Shown piece after piece: positions 12,001 to 24,592 of a DNA stretch of 64,000 bases (its first letter is position 1; each line of letters starts with the position of its first letter). This DNA comes from Podarcis gaigeae. Its lineage: Eukaryota. The position numbers and the translations under genes are program-made. The DNA lies in assembly GCA_964106915.2 (NCBI GenBank), contig OZ066926.1. One strand, given 5' to 3'. Under the pieces are notes generated by a model. That model saw only the letters and a list, made by a program, of their open reading frames with translations, ran no database searches and was not told where the DNA came from.

Positions 12001-12623
12001 CTAGCCTGGCTTGGATCTTTGAGTGCCACCTCAAAGGGGAGGTGAGCCTTTAAGACCCCTCACATGAGAGTTTCTGAGGTGAAGATTAAGAACAGAGAAG
12101 GGCTTTCCATCTTAAACTAGGGAGGTTTAATCTTTGAGTCCTCCTCTTGTCAAACTCTCCTTGGAAGAGATTTGGTGGGATGTGGGGAGGAGAGAAACAT
12201 CAACAAGACCAGGCTCTCTCATCTCACTGACACATTCAGATCTGCATCTCCCTTCTTCCAAGCCAACTTTTCAGCTTTGTAAATGCCCCCCACCATCTGC
12301 CAGGATGTAAGTCCCCCTGAAATCAGTGGAACTAGCTTCTGAATAGAGCAGGTTAGAGCTGTGGGATATTTCAGTATCATTTGGTTAGTGGACATTTCAA
12401 TTATTTACAAGGTATTAAGAAGTTGATGGGTAGTTAGCCTTTCTTTGAAGTCTTCTTCGTCAAAAGCAGCAAAGAGGTGAGAAGCAAGTCCGCCAACTAT
12501 AAGATGACCAGGTTGGTAGTATTCATGTGGAATTCTGGACAGATCATGGACAGTGCAACTCGTGGTATGTTTGCACACCAGATGTGGCAGATGAAAGAGA
12601 AGGGGCACAATAAACTTCAGCAT
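1..12623 (-). CDS. Vomeronasal type-2 receptor (V2R, Vmn2r26-like class C GPCR), gene A; 3' end runs off window. Exons: 12623-12409, 10875-10593, 9413-8559, 5477-5250, 1603-1477, 562-<1
   Basis: Signal peptide plus [13 protein letters not shown] (ex1); [34 protein letters not shown] (ex2); MVPNE..HFGW..W (ex3); VTFPNNSF (ex4); nine-Cys domain [13 protein letters not shown] (ex5); 7TM with RANNRDL (ex6). GT-AG sites and phases match sister genes; no stop seen. Possible upstream in-frame ATG at 12647. Confidence 0.95.
732..1000. mobile_element. GC-rich non-autonomous hAT-type element in intron 5 of gene A
   Basis: Absent from paralogous introns (gggttatgtggggtgtcc); CAG..CTG ends; 8-bp flanks gtcatgtg/gttgtgtg; same family as 58304-58524 in opposite orientation. 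Confidence 0.7.
1760..2720 (+). mobile_element. Degraded L1/Tx1-clade LINE (RT fragments and 3' UTR); tail resumes at about 3684-3735 after the nested BovB
   Basis: ORF 2027..2380 with [16 protein letters not shown] and LDAEKAFD; [10 protein letters not shown] remnant near 2515-2545; many deletions. Confidence 0.85.
2721..3682 (+). mobile_element. BovB (RTE LINE), internally deleted: 5' UTR joined to ORF C-terminus and 3' tail
   Basis: ORF 3021..3530 ([32 protein letters not shown]) is the BovB C-terminus; (CAA)n tail; aaaatga TSD; nested in an L1 3' UTR. Confidence 0.92.
3861..4402 (-). mobile_element. BovB fragment (endonuclease piece plus 3' end, several internal deletions)
   Basis: ORF 4183..4479 contains [24 protein letters not shown] (APE endonuclease); 3861-4010 is the reverse complement of the BovB 3' end. 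Confidence 0.88.
4579..4715. mobile_element. Penelope-like element terminal remnant with degenerate hammerhead motif
   Basis: Perfect 11-bp TSD taccttacatg (4568-4578 and 4716-4726); minus strand CTGAAGA-aGTGTGCATGCACAC-AAAAGCTC; internal inverted gaaacaaaat/attttgtttc junction. Confidence 0.75.
6270..8500 (+). mobile_element. L1-clade LINE ORF2 internal fragment (EN C-terminus to RT), frameshifted, in intron 3 of gene A
   Basis: SDHNPV (endonuclease), [28 protein letters not shown] and FADD across ORFs 6235..8534; absent from the paralogous site in B and D. Confidence 0.93.
9697..10159 (-). mobile_element. 5'-truncated L1 3' end in intron 2 of gene A
   Basis: Minus strand [28 protein letters not shown], then 3' UTR and A-rich tail; TSD cctctctta. 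Confidence 0.85.
10983..11198. mobile_element. Tc1/Mariner (Tigger/pogo-type) MITE, one end lost
   Basis: TA|CAGTGGTACCTC terminus; same family as 56686-56881. Confidence 0.75.
11472..11551. mobile_element. 80-bp palindromic mariner-type mini-MITE
   Basis: 32-bp arms (2 mismatches) plus 16-nt loop, CAGGGTG termini, TA duplication; empty site catatacttgac in B (21770) and D (50695). Confidence 0.9.
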
Positions 12624-13124
12624 ACTGAAGAAAATATTCTTTCTCATCAAACACCCTTATTTCCATCCAGCACATGAACCTTGCTTCACAACCAACCTCA
12701 GTACAATATTCTGCCTCATCACAAACAGCACTTCTCTAACAATTCACAGATTAAAATCCTATTTTATAACTTGATTAAGAAAATAGTTAAAATCCTTCCT
12801 CTTCCTCTGTCCTCTCCCTTGTAAAGAATGGCAAGAAGCTACTATAATACCCATGTTTTGACATTGGTTAGTATTCTCTGGAAATCTACTGAGACATTAT
12901 CCAAGGGAGACTGAGTGTGATAATTATAGGTGAGATAATAACAAGCTCTCTTTACATCAGGAACATCAGAAAATAACCAAACATAATAATAACAACTCTG
13001 TTTCTGATCTTTCATTCAAGGTGGTTTCTGACTGTTTATGGAACAACAAAGGGCATGCAGAATTAAGAGCAATGAGGAAGAGAAGAACAGTGGGCCAGTC
13101 TCTTATCACTGCTGACCAGTGCAA

Positions 13125-13190
13125 ATGATTAACATGACTTCCTAAAATTTCTCACCTGAACACCAGTTCATTAGTTTTCTGACAATTATA
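13125..13190. promoter_or_regulatory. Conserved upstream block of gene A (copies at about 23338-23400, 37598-37660, 52283-52345, 62458-62517)
   Basis: gattaa..aaaatttc..cctgaaca..ttcatta..t(g/a)aca retained about 450-580 bp upstream of all five first exons; contains TAATGA on the minus strand. Confidence 0.5.
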
Positions 13191-14425
13191 CCGAGACGAA
13201 AGATTGGTGAAAAGAATGAGTTTTGTAGGTGGTTTGCGTTGGTAGCAAGGAAAAATAGGAATCAAAAAAAATAAGAATGCTCTGGATACCAAGATCCATT
13301 TTGGGGGCACAAACTCTTCGTTGAGAGATTCCCACAAACAACTATTTGTGTTCCTGATAGAAAAGCACCTCACAACTAGTTGGAGGGAGAAATATATAGA
13401 AGTAATAAATAAAAAGTAGTGAATGGTGGTATTTTCTAATAAAATGTAGCTTAATTTCACTCAAGTTCAAAATGCTTTTACTCCAAAATATTCATTCAGA
13501 AGCATTCTGCCCATTAAAAGTACCAAAATTGGTATTTATTGAATTCTAAGTTTATTGAATTCTAAGTTTAAAAAACCCTCCAGGGATTGTTTAGCATATA
13601 TTGCCCATGACTACAGGCATCCCCCACAGCACATGAATAATATTGAAATAATTTAATTAATACCCAGTTATGGAGGGAGAGCTGGAGAGTTCTCATGGCT
13701 TGTGAGGGCAGAGACTGGAGTTACAGCAGGGGGTTGTTTGCGCTATTCAGCCCCCCCCCACCTGACAGCTAATGTGCATAGAAGCAGCAACTTTTCCACA
13801 CATCTCCCAGTCTGCCCCCAAAATTCCAGATGTGGGTATTTTAGATGCAGTATTTTTTATCTGGAATGGAGAGAGAACAGTAGAGAAAATATTCAAAAGG
13901 TTTTAGAGGGTGCTCCCCACTTATCCGATCTTCATTTATGTGTGGGGGCACTTGAACATAATCACCAGGTAAGTGGGGACTCACTGTACTGAAACCTCAG
14001 AGAATGGCTAATCATGACAGTAGCAACTCTACTGAAACCTTACCCAGACAAAAATAACCTAGAAAGGAATGAGACTTTTTTTAAAAAGGAAGAAATTGCC
14101 TCTCAGTGTATTATTTCTTCCTATTCAGTTTCTAATCAATTACCCTCTGAAGTTCTAGTCAGGTCTCAATATTTTATGGTACTCATGACAGTTTTTTGGT
14201 TTCCAAATAAGCCTTAGGGTTAAAACAAGATGAGGTGCTCCTGCCTCAGAGAGACCACAGGGGATTTTAAAAGAAATTGCACATAGGAATTGCAACATGT
14301 AAAATACAACAAAATTGAATGGTGTGGATAAAGAGAGATTAAATTGCCATAAAATGCACGGTAAATGTATGATGTAGGTGTCCATATTATCATAGAACAA
14401 AAAACAGAGAGGACATGCTAATTTT

Positions 14426-17400
14426 CTATTTCCTCTTTATTAACTGCTCTTTGCTGTTCAGATCAGGCCTCAACACAATGATGTAGCATTTGGGAGCAAA
14501 GATGGAGCCCAGTATCCCAGCACTGGAGGCCAAGATGGAGAAGATCTCCACAGCCACCATGTATTTCCCCTTGGTGCTCAGGTAGACCGGAACAAAGGAG
14601 ATCCAAACACTACAAAACAAGAACATACTGAAGGTGATGAATTTGGCCTCATTGAAGCTCTCAGGCAGTTTCCTGGCAAAAAAGGCCACAACAAAGCTGA
14701 TAATGGCCAAAAAGCCCATGTAGCCCAGGACACAGTAAAACAGGGCAACTGACCCTTCGTGGCAGCCTAGAATGATTTCCCTCATCGCAGAGTGCATGTC
14801 AGAATCAGGAAATGGGGGGAAAATTCCTAACCACACACTGCAAAGGCCTGCTTGGATAAGGGAACAAGAAATCACAATAGAGCTTGCCAGTCTTTTCCCC
14901 ACCCACTTCCTCATTCTGGATCCTGGTTTGGTGGCCACAAAGGCCAGAACCACCGTGATCATTTTGGCCAGAACACAAGAAACGGTCACTGTGAAAACAA
15001 GGCCAAAAGCCATTTGTCGGAGCAGGCAGCTCACTCTTTCTGGAGGGCTGAGGAAGATCAATGGGCAGAGGAAGCAGAGCAGGAGGGAAGTGAGGAGAGT
15101 GTAGGTGAGGTCCCGATTGTTTGCTCTGACAAGTGGTGTGTCCTGGTGTTTAATGAAGATGGCAAGGACTAATATTGTGAGGAGAGAGAGAGAAAGAGCC
15201 AACAATTCTAAGCTCATTCCTAGAGGATCTATAAAGGACAGGAAGGTGATGGTCTTTGGAATACATTGTGATTGGTTCCTGTGTGGATAATGATCTTCGG
15301 GGCATGCAACACAGTCAACCATGTCTGGAAAGAAAATAATACATTGAGATTTTACATTTTAGATACTTTTTAGATTTTAGATTAGAGCAACTGCTAATGC
15401 TGCAAGTATAGAAATCACAGAGGTACCACAGATATTTCCAGAATAACCAGATTGAAAGCGATACATGAGAATCCCACCTCAGCTTTTGTGTTGGGTTATG
15501 CAGGGTGTCCTGTGATGGCTTGCTAACTTCTCATAAACCACATTTTTTTATTGTCCAGAACAGGCACAGTCCATGACCATTTCCACAGAGGTTCCATTCC
15601 CAGCCCCGTTCCACACCCTTTGCTGAACCCATTACACCCTGCCCAGGTGTGTGATCGCGAATCAATCAGACACATGTTTGTTTGTTATTGCCTTAATTAA
15701 GATAGGTGTCTCATACCAAGTGATATCACTGGTGCATTTAATTCAAAATTGCCTGCTGTATTTTCACCTGTGACAAAGATTACATCATGGGTGACAAACC
15801 TATTCTTTTTAGGAGTGGGTCCCTAATCCTTTATGGGGGCTATCTAGCAATTGGTATGGAGACAATTTGGTTTTTATGCCACTTGAATGAGAAAGATATC
15901 TAAATTGCACTCCTTGAATCAACACGTAAACCAAAGTAAAATTTTCCTTAAAATTTGTACTTCTCTAAACATTTGCGATGCAGTTCTCCAATCAAACAAT
16001 ATGTACAAAAATGCAAAGGTTACCAATTCTTTATTTATCCTTTTCCGCAACTTCTAACATGCCTTATTTTTGAAAATCGTATATCCTGTGTCTCTTACCC
16101 TTCTGGGACGAAATCTTGCCTTGAGGACATGGAGCACAACCATAGCAGCAGAATGGCTCCCCCTCCTTCTTCTCCTTCCTGGAACCAGGAGGGCAATTTG
16201 GGTTACATACAGAAATAGGTGGAACCTGCTCATTTAAAGAAACAGATAAACCATTTAGCACAGAGAAGTAAGTAGCACTTTTGGTTACTTTTTTCTTCCA
16301 GCTGGCAGTAGGAAGACACCAAACTACTTATTCGAAACACAGTGCCAGGCTACTCATTTGGTTCTTCATGGTTTTTAAAAAAAAATAATAAATCAAAATA
16401 ATGCTGAAACTGACCATGTTTTAGCCCCTTTCTGGCATTCAGAAAGAATGCATGACAGCTGAAATAGGGAAGGGGATTGGGGGTTCATCTTTGCCAGCCA
16501 TGCCCCCTTTTGTCCCCATATATAAAGTAATACCTTTCACACCTCCAATTTTCCAATCGCAGCAAGTGTAAAAAATAATAATCATGCTTTGTGAAGATGA
16601 CAGAAGCGTAGCGCCAAAAATGATCTACTAATGTGGAGACCTTGTGGAGTGTGGTCTCACCAGCTCTGCCCAAATTGTTCCCATAGCTGTTCCACCAATC
16701 ATCTCTGCATACTAAGCAGACAGCTCTGACAGGCTGAACACGCTGAGAAGCCTCCCTGTTATTTGGAATTTTCTGTTCTTATCTCAGTCCCCAAATATGA
16801 GGAGTCATCTAAACAAGTTCAGCCAAATGTTCTTAGAAGCCCCCTTCACAGCCATGCATTTTATCTTAACAGATACATTTTCAAGTGTATTTAATCCTAC
16901 CAGATGTATTGTTCAAACAATATTGATACTTTTTTGAGTTGAGACTATACCATAAGATCCACAGAAATTTGAAACCTGTTCCAATATGTGTACTAGTCTG
17001 AGAGGTATAAAATTGTAGACAATATGAAATTCTCCTCCACCCATGCCTACAGTTCCTTTTTCCTTAGGATACAAGTGGCTAGCATAAGCACACTTCTTGT
17101 TTTTTAAAAAGGAACATGAATAATGGAATGTGTGGTTTGTCTTAAAGGTAAAGGGACCCCTGACCATTAGGTCCAGTCGTGACCGACTCTCGGGTTGTGG
17201 CACTCATCTCACTTTATTGGCCAAGCGAGCCGGTGTACAGCTTCCAGGTCATGTGGCCAGCATGACAAAGCCGCTTCTGGCGAACCAGAGCAGCGCACGG
17301 AAACAGCGTTTACCTTCCCGCTGAAGCGGTACCTATTTTCTATTTGCACTTTGACGTGCTTTCAAACTGCTAGGTTGGCAGGAGCAGGGACCAAGCAACG

Positions 17401-20400
17401 GGAGCTCACCCCGTCACGGGGATTCGAACCGCCAACCTTCTGATCGGCAAGTCCTAGGCTCTGTGGTTTAACCCACAGCACCACCCACATCCTGTGGTTT
17501 GTTTTAGGTGTCTCAATAAAATTAGGGCTGCCATATGTCCGGGATTTCAAAGGCGGAAGCGGCGTCCTGGGGAAAGTTCTAGAAGGTGGAGGTTTGTCCT
17601 GGATCTTTGGCAAGTAAAACGAAAAATTGTGGGATTTTTGCATGTTTGTCGAGGGAGATTCAGGGGGTCCTGAAATAGGTCAACCCTAGTATAATTGAAA
17701 GGTGTGGTAGCTTGGGGGTGATTCTCTCTCTCACACACACACACACACATTATGTCTAAGAAATTCATTAGAGGTTTGCGGCTATTGCCTCTTCTTCTTC
17801 CCAAGAGACTCATGAAATACACTGGGATAAAAAAAGCCCCAAGTCAAAAGCCACATGCCATATCCAGCTGCTGGACAAGATTGGCCAATGGCAATATTCT
17901 GCACTAGTTGGGCATTGATCTGAGACAGCAAGATCATCTTATGTTGTGATTCCTGCATCGCGGACCACATGACTTCCAACTCTAAGATTCTATTATTCTT
18001 ACACAGTGCGGAGAAAAAATGTTTAGAATCTGGCTAGAAAGGCAGGTATGTGCTGGACTGATGATCTGTAAGTAAAATAACATTATCTTTTCCTATCTCT
18101 CATAGATGTAGGAACTATGCCTCACCTGGTGAAAGCTTCTGTGCCACACTATTCTGTTGTCATCAAGGGTGACTGGCTGGTCAGGTGTAGCCTCCACATC
18201 CACCCTTCCAACCTTGACCCTCACGAAGGAGTTATTTGGGAAAGTGACCATGTTGGTAATATCAAAGCCATCTTCTACTTCCCTGTTCTCACCAAAAGAT
18301 ACTGTTTCTCCGGCAGAGTTGTTGAAGGAGACAGTCCTAAGAAAGGGATGGAGCTGCATTGGAAGAAAAATAGTAACTGTGAGGTAATGGATATGGCACT
18401 CACGATGCCTCCAGTCTTTCTGTGCAGTGTTTTCTATACCAATATTTTAGGTACTGTAGCCATTATTGTAACCAAGCTATGTTTGACTGCCTGCACAACT
18501 GACTGCTGTATGGAAAAGCACATGAATCAGACCTTTGAAGAGCTTTGCAAGTAAACAATGTATACCCTATTAATTATGTGACCTGTCTTTGTGGTAAGGA
18601 AGTGGGATATTTTGGGATCAGCTAGAAGGGGTACATTTTAAGGTTTAAACACCTACATTTCATGCCTTTATTTGCTGCATGAGTTGCCATTTTAATTCTT
18701 TTCTGGGGTTCTCTCACCAAAGAGTGCAGCAAGAATGATATTGTGGTTCGAGGACCCAAACCCCGCGCAGTGGAATGAAACACAAGGACACGTGATATAA
18801 GGTTAATGGGCAAGAAAAGGTGGGCTGGAGGCTGGCGCCGCAGCAATTCAGACTGCTGTACATGCCCCCTTGAAGGCACCTGGTTGGGTGCCTGGCCGAG
18901 GGCAAGGGCGCCAGGCAGGTGAGTGGGAGGCAGGGGGCAAACACCCCCCTGCTTGAGGCAGAGTCCAGCTCCCAGCCACAACCACTCCCCTCTCTTGCAG
19001 GGAGGAGAGTCTTTGCTTAGCAAGCTCAGCAAAAACTAAAAAAAAAAAAATGGTTGAAAGTCCTCTTCCTTGCTGTTCCCCATCCCATTTCCCCAGCCAC
19101 AGCTACATTTTTCTCCAGGTCCACCTGCCTCTCCCTGCCAGCTCTCTCCTACTCATCTCAGTCCAGGCTGGGATCCTCCCTGTAACTTGTGTGCAGTGAA
19201 GCTCCTTTGGAAGTAGCAGCACAGTGCCGGATTGGATCCGCCTTCACTAACAGGTTCTCTGTACGCAAAGGAAGTTGCCCACAAAAAAGCAGGACAGAGC
19301 AGAATAGGATCCTCCTGCTTAACAGCTGTAAGCAGGATGGCCTGATACTTCCCTGTGCTAGTTCTTAATGAGCAGCTTCTCTGCACACAAGGGGAGAATG
19401 TGGTCTAGTAGTGAGAGCTTGCAATTTTTCAGGGTACTGTTTTGCATATCATTGCCTATGTCAAATTATAACTCATGAGGCATTACCTGCCAAGGCCAAA
19501 GCTCCTGCATCCCTCCTTCCACCGCTGCCCTGTATTTGGTTCTGGACAAGAACATGGCATGTAGAGCATGTGCTGTGGCATAGACAGCATTATAAAGACT
19601 GTAGCTGTGGCCAGCCATGCTCATCACAAATGCAGATGAAGGGAGATCTTCCAGCTTCTCCTCTCCAGTACAGGTTCCACTGGCCTGCTCCTCTGTATTG
19701 GAGTTTGGAAATAAACAGAGAAATACCTGTGCCCAGAACTCCTTGACAAAGCCATTTCCATTTGCCTCAAAAGGATTTTGTGCCTGAAGAAAGGCTTTGA
19801 ATCCTTGTACCACATTTGAATGAACTTTAAAGGAGAGGGAACCCTGGAAGACTTGCATATCCACGTTCATTTGATAGGTCAATGCTTTGAAATCCAGCTG
19901 TGCCGTCAGAATCCACACCTTGCCTACAGACGTCTTAGTCACATTTTCCAATTCACCAAGAGCTACTATGTCTCTCATGGCGAGCATGTACTTTGTTTCT
20001 CCATAGAAAACCACCACCTTGGCTTTACTTTCCATAATAACTTGATAAATTTGAATCCAGTGTTGATACATGTCATAATACTCAGCCATATATGTCGTTT
20101 TCAGGGTTGTCTCTGAGAAGGCCAAGCAAATGCCTTTCTGGGAGAGCAGAGGTTTCAGGGTCTGAATAAACCTCTCTCCACTGTCTCCACTAGCAAGCAA
20201 CCCAACCCATGTCCAGCCAAAGTGCAAAAGTAACTCAACAATTCCAGTGTACTGATGGGCTTCATTGGGCACCATCTTGTAGAAGGAAGTGGATTGGCTT
20301 TCACCAGCATGCTCTGGGGCAAAGGAGCCATAAGTGATCTAAAGGGAAATAAAGGAGCATTATTTATAAATGCAGAAGGACTGGGTATTTGAACCCAGGG

Positions 20401-22825
20401 GGCAAAATGAGCCAGTTGCCTTAAGAAGGCAGGTTCCACAAAGTTCCTCTGCCCTCCTTTTCTTTATCCACTGTGATCTCTAGGCTTTTTCTCTACTGCT
20501 GCTTTTCTCTCCCCTGTTTCTTTCATGTTGCTTCACCACAACATTTCAGCTCCTGATTTCATGGCGTCTTCCCTTCCCTTCCCTTCCCTTCCTCTCTCAA
20601 GCCACTAACACACAAAATCCCTATTAAGTCCCAGAATGTGTGGGCAGCTGATTTCTGATCGGCAGGCTTCCAGCTTTGCAAGTGAGCAGCTTCAGTCTCC
20701 AACCAGTAGGCCATGGAGCAAAGGTGAGAGGGTGTCAGTTGGAAGAATGGAATTTGGATACATGTTTTTTAGGTGTGTGTGGACAAGGAAGTGGGGTGAG
20801 AGGAGCACTCTTCCACCATCCCATTACCTTCTCTTCATCCATAGTCTGATGCTTGGTGGAGAGGAATGGCTACCTAGAGCAGACATGTTTTTATTATGCT
20901 GATAGCTTAATGTCACCTGACAGCTTGATGCTATGCATTCTATTTAATTGTGCAAAGCACACTGGGAACACTTTTTGTGAAAGGCAGAATCACTCTCCTT
21001 TGTCTCTCACAACTATTTCTATATTAAACAAATCCTTTCTGAATAGAAAACATCATGGTGAATGAGTGTGGAAACCCCAAGACTGTATCTTACCTGGGGA
21101 ATCTTGAAGATGCCCAAGATGTTTGCCAGGTAGACAGAGGTATCCAAGTCCAGTCCCCCAATAACTGCTATCAGGTGTTTCTGGATATTGCACTTGTAGT
21201 TTGGTAGAAGGGTGGAGAGAAGGTTCAGAGCAGCCCAGTAGGTCATCCTTTCATCGAAGTAACTGTCATAGATGTGGAATCCTAAGGTGATATTAGGTAA
21301 GATCTCGGGGTTCTCATTAATCTCCTTGACAGCAAATACCAAGGCCAGAATATGCTGGTAGTTCTTTGGCACAATACTGCAACAAGAATTTTATGCTGTA
21401 TCAGTGGGAAATATCCTATGTTGTTGCTTTTTAATCTGCTTCTTAATGATTCTTTAATATTTTAGTGCAAATTGTGCCCCAATATACTCATATCTACAGA
21501 ACACTTCCCACTGAAGTAATGCATTGTATTCCAATTCTATTCCAGTTACACTAATATATGAATTTTTATGCACACTTTGCCTACATATATTCATTTTTGT
21601 TTACATTGTTTGGCTGGAGAACAGTTTTGAACAATTTGGAGAAATGTGAATTTTGGTTTTTATAACTATTTAGAGCAAAGAAAGTTTGGTAGGTTCACCT
21701 TCAAATATGAACTGATTTGAATTGCCTCCTTCCCAAGAATGGAATACTGATGTTTACTTTGGGGTCCATCATATACTTGACAACACTTTTTGAAGACCCA
21801 AGAGATGCTGCGGCTGACAGAAGCATCTAAAGCCTTTCATCTCATACCAACTTCCCTAAGCCTCCATTCCTGTTCAGTTCACTCACAGATTAGTTGAGCA
21901 GCTAGGTACAGTCTGCCTCTGACTGGCAAACTCCTCAGGTTATATTCTTAGCTGCTTGGACATCCAAGCTCCTTTAAGAAATCTGCGTTTCTAATGTTCT
22001 TCTGGTATGAACTGAGCAGAATTTTGGCTTAATGTAGGGTTCATTCAAACTTCCCCTAGTCCTGCCATTTCCCTCAGGGAATACCTGATCTTTACTGCTC
22101 AGTTGGAACTCACACCTCCCTCAGAACTTCTCCTGGCAGTTAACTAACATTTATTCACTGATCACTACCTTCAGCTGAATACAGCCTGAATGTATCTGAT
22201 CCAGGCCCTGCCTATAAATATTAAACGCAATTGTCTAGCCTGACTTGAATGAGAACATCAGGCGTTATTCGAGCATCAGGGGTTATTCAAAGGAGAGGTG
22301 AGACTTTAAGACACTTCACAAAAGAGTTTCTGAGGTGAAGATTGAGAACAGAGAAGGGCTTTCCATCTTAAACTAGGGAGGTTCAACCTGTAAGTCCTCT
22401 TGTTAAACTCTCCTTGGAAGAGATTTGCTGGGATGTGGGGAGGAGAGAACACATCAACAAGACCAGGTTCTCTCATCTCAGTGACACATTCAGATCTGCA
22501 TTTCCCTTCAGTGGAAGTAAATCCCACTGAAATCAGGGCAACTAGCTTCTGAGGAAGCCTGGTTAGAGCTGGGGGATATTTCAGTATCATTTGACATTTG
22601 ATGTCTTTACTGGGTATTAAGAAGTTGATGAATAGTTAGCCTTTCTTTGAAGTCTTCTTTGTCAAAAGCAGCAAAGAGATGAGAAGCAAGTCCCCCAACA
22701 ATAAGATGACCAGGATGGTAGTATTCATGTGGAATGCTGGACAGATCGTGGACGGTACAATTCGTGGTATGTTTGCACACCATAAGTGGCAGATGAAAGA
22801 GAAGGGGCACAATAAACAGCAGCAT
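14426..22825 (-). CDS. V2R gene B, complete, about 867 aa. Exons: 22825-22611, 21376-21094, 20338-19487, 18353-18126, 16225-16099, 15324-14426
   Basis: Exon lengths 215/283/852/228/127/899 sum to 2604, in frame; canonical splice sites; 7TM ORF 14426..15322 with [15 protein letters not shown] and KCYII motifs. Possible upstream ATG at 22849. Confidence 0.96.
17144..17492 (-). mobile_element. Sauria SINE (lacertid/Podarcis-type), near full length
   Basis: aaaggtaaagggacccctgaccattaggtccagtcgtg end; tRNA-like B-box (ggttcgaatcc on the minus strand); TSD tgtggtttgt. Confidence 0.9.
17523..17688. mobile_element. Probable hAT-Blackjack-type MITE
   Basis: Imperfect TIRs tagggctgccatat / ataggtcaacccta; no clear TSD. 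Confidence 0.45.
18742..19012 (-). mobile_element. LTR-like fragment in intron 3 of gene B
   Basis: Absent at the homologous site in gene A (atattgt|ttagcaagc); CpG-rich; minus strand ends in a U5-like ..cctcgaaccaCA. Confidence 0.5.
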
Positions 22826-24592
22826 ATTGAAGCAAATATTCTTTCTCATCAAACAGCACTATTTCCATCCAGCACATGAGCCTTGCTTCACAACCAACCT
22901 CAGTACAATATTCTGCCTTATCACGAACAGCACTTCTCTAACAATTCACAGATTAAAATCCTATTTTACAACTTGATTAAGAAAATAGTTAAAATCCTTC
23001 CTCTCCTCTGTCCTCTCCCTTGTAAAGAATGGCAAGAAGAGGTTATAATACCCATGTTTTGACATTGGTTAGTATTTTCTGGAAATCTACTGAGACATTA
23101 TCCAAGGGAGACATAGACATGCTGAGAGTGATAATTATAGGTGAGATAATAACAAGCTCTCTTTACATCAGGAACATCTGAAAATGCCCAATAATAATAA
23201 TAATAACCCTGTTTCTGATGTTTCATTTATAGTTCTTTCTGACTGTTTTATGGCTCAACAATAGGGCATGCAAAATTAACAGCAATGAAAAGAGAAGAAC
23301 AGTGGGCCAGTCTCTTATCAGTGTCAACCAGTGGAAAAGATTAATCTGATCTCCTAAAATTTCCCTCCTGAACACCACTTCATTAGTTTTCTAACAATTA
23401 TACTGAGATGAAGTAATGGTGAAAAGGACAGAGTTTTGTAGGTGGTTTCGTTGGAAGCACGAAAAAATAGGAATCAAAAAAGGAGAATGCTCTGGATGCC
23501 AAGATCTGGGTTGGGGGCACAAACTCTTGGTTGAGAGATTCCCACAAACAACTATTTATGTTCCTGATAGAAAAGCCCCTCACTACTAGTTGGAGGAAGT
23601 AATATATGGAAGTAATAACTAAAACGTAGTGAATGGTGGTATTATATTTTCTACTAAAATGGAGCTTAATTTCACTCCTGTTCAAAATGCTTTTACTTCA
23701 AAATATTCATTCAGAAGCATTCTGCCCTATCTTATAACTATAAACCCATTAAAAATACCAAAATTTTTATTCATTGAATTCTAAGTTTAAAAACCCCTCC
23801 AGGAATGGTCTAGCATATATTGCCCTTAACCATGGGCATCCCCCACTGCACACGAATAATAACTAAATACTTAATTAATACCCAGAAATGGAGGGAGAGA
23901 GCTGGAGAGTTCTCATGGCTTGTGAGGGCAGAGACTGGAAGTGCAGCAGGGGGTTGTTTGCGCTATTCAGCCCCCCCCACCTGACAGCTAATGTGCATAG
24001 AAGAGCAGCAGAAGCAGCAACTTTCCCCACACATCCCCCAGTCAGCTCCCAAAATAACAGATGTGGGTATTTTAGGTGCAGTATTCTTGATTTGGATGGA
24101 GAGAGAGAAGTATAGAAGACATTCAAAGGTTTTAGATGGTGCTTCCCACTTATCAAATCTTCATTTATGGGTGGGCACTTGAACATAACCCCAAGTAAGT
24201 GGGCATTCACTGTTCTGAAATCTCTGAGACAGTAGCAACTCTACTGAAACCTTACTGAGAGGAAAATAACCTAGAAAGGATCAAGCTTTAAAAAAAAAAG
24301 CCTCTCAGTGTATTGGTTTTTTTGTTCAGTTTCTAATCAATTACCCTTTGAGGTTCTAGTCAGGCCCCAATATTTTGTGGTACTCATAACAGTTTCTTGG
24401 TTTTCCAGATAAGCCTTAGGTTTAAAACAAGATCAGGGGCTCCTATCTCAGAGGGACCACAGTGAATTTTGTTAAAGAAATTGCACATAGCATTTGCAAC
24501 ACATAAAATACAAGATAATTTAATGATGTTGATAAAGAGAATTATATTGTTCATATTTTGGTAGAACAAACCCATGAAAATGATAGGATTTT

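Noticed and set aside
12405-12409. Apparent stops ending the exon 1-5 ORFs, suggesting pseudogenes
   Set aside because: The stops lie in intron sequence beyond conserved GT donors; spliced frames are open.
17395-17492. tRNA gene (B-box ggttcgaatcc)
   Set aside because: tRNA-derived head of a Sauria SINE with TSDs.
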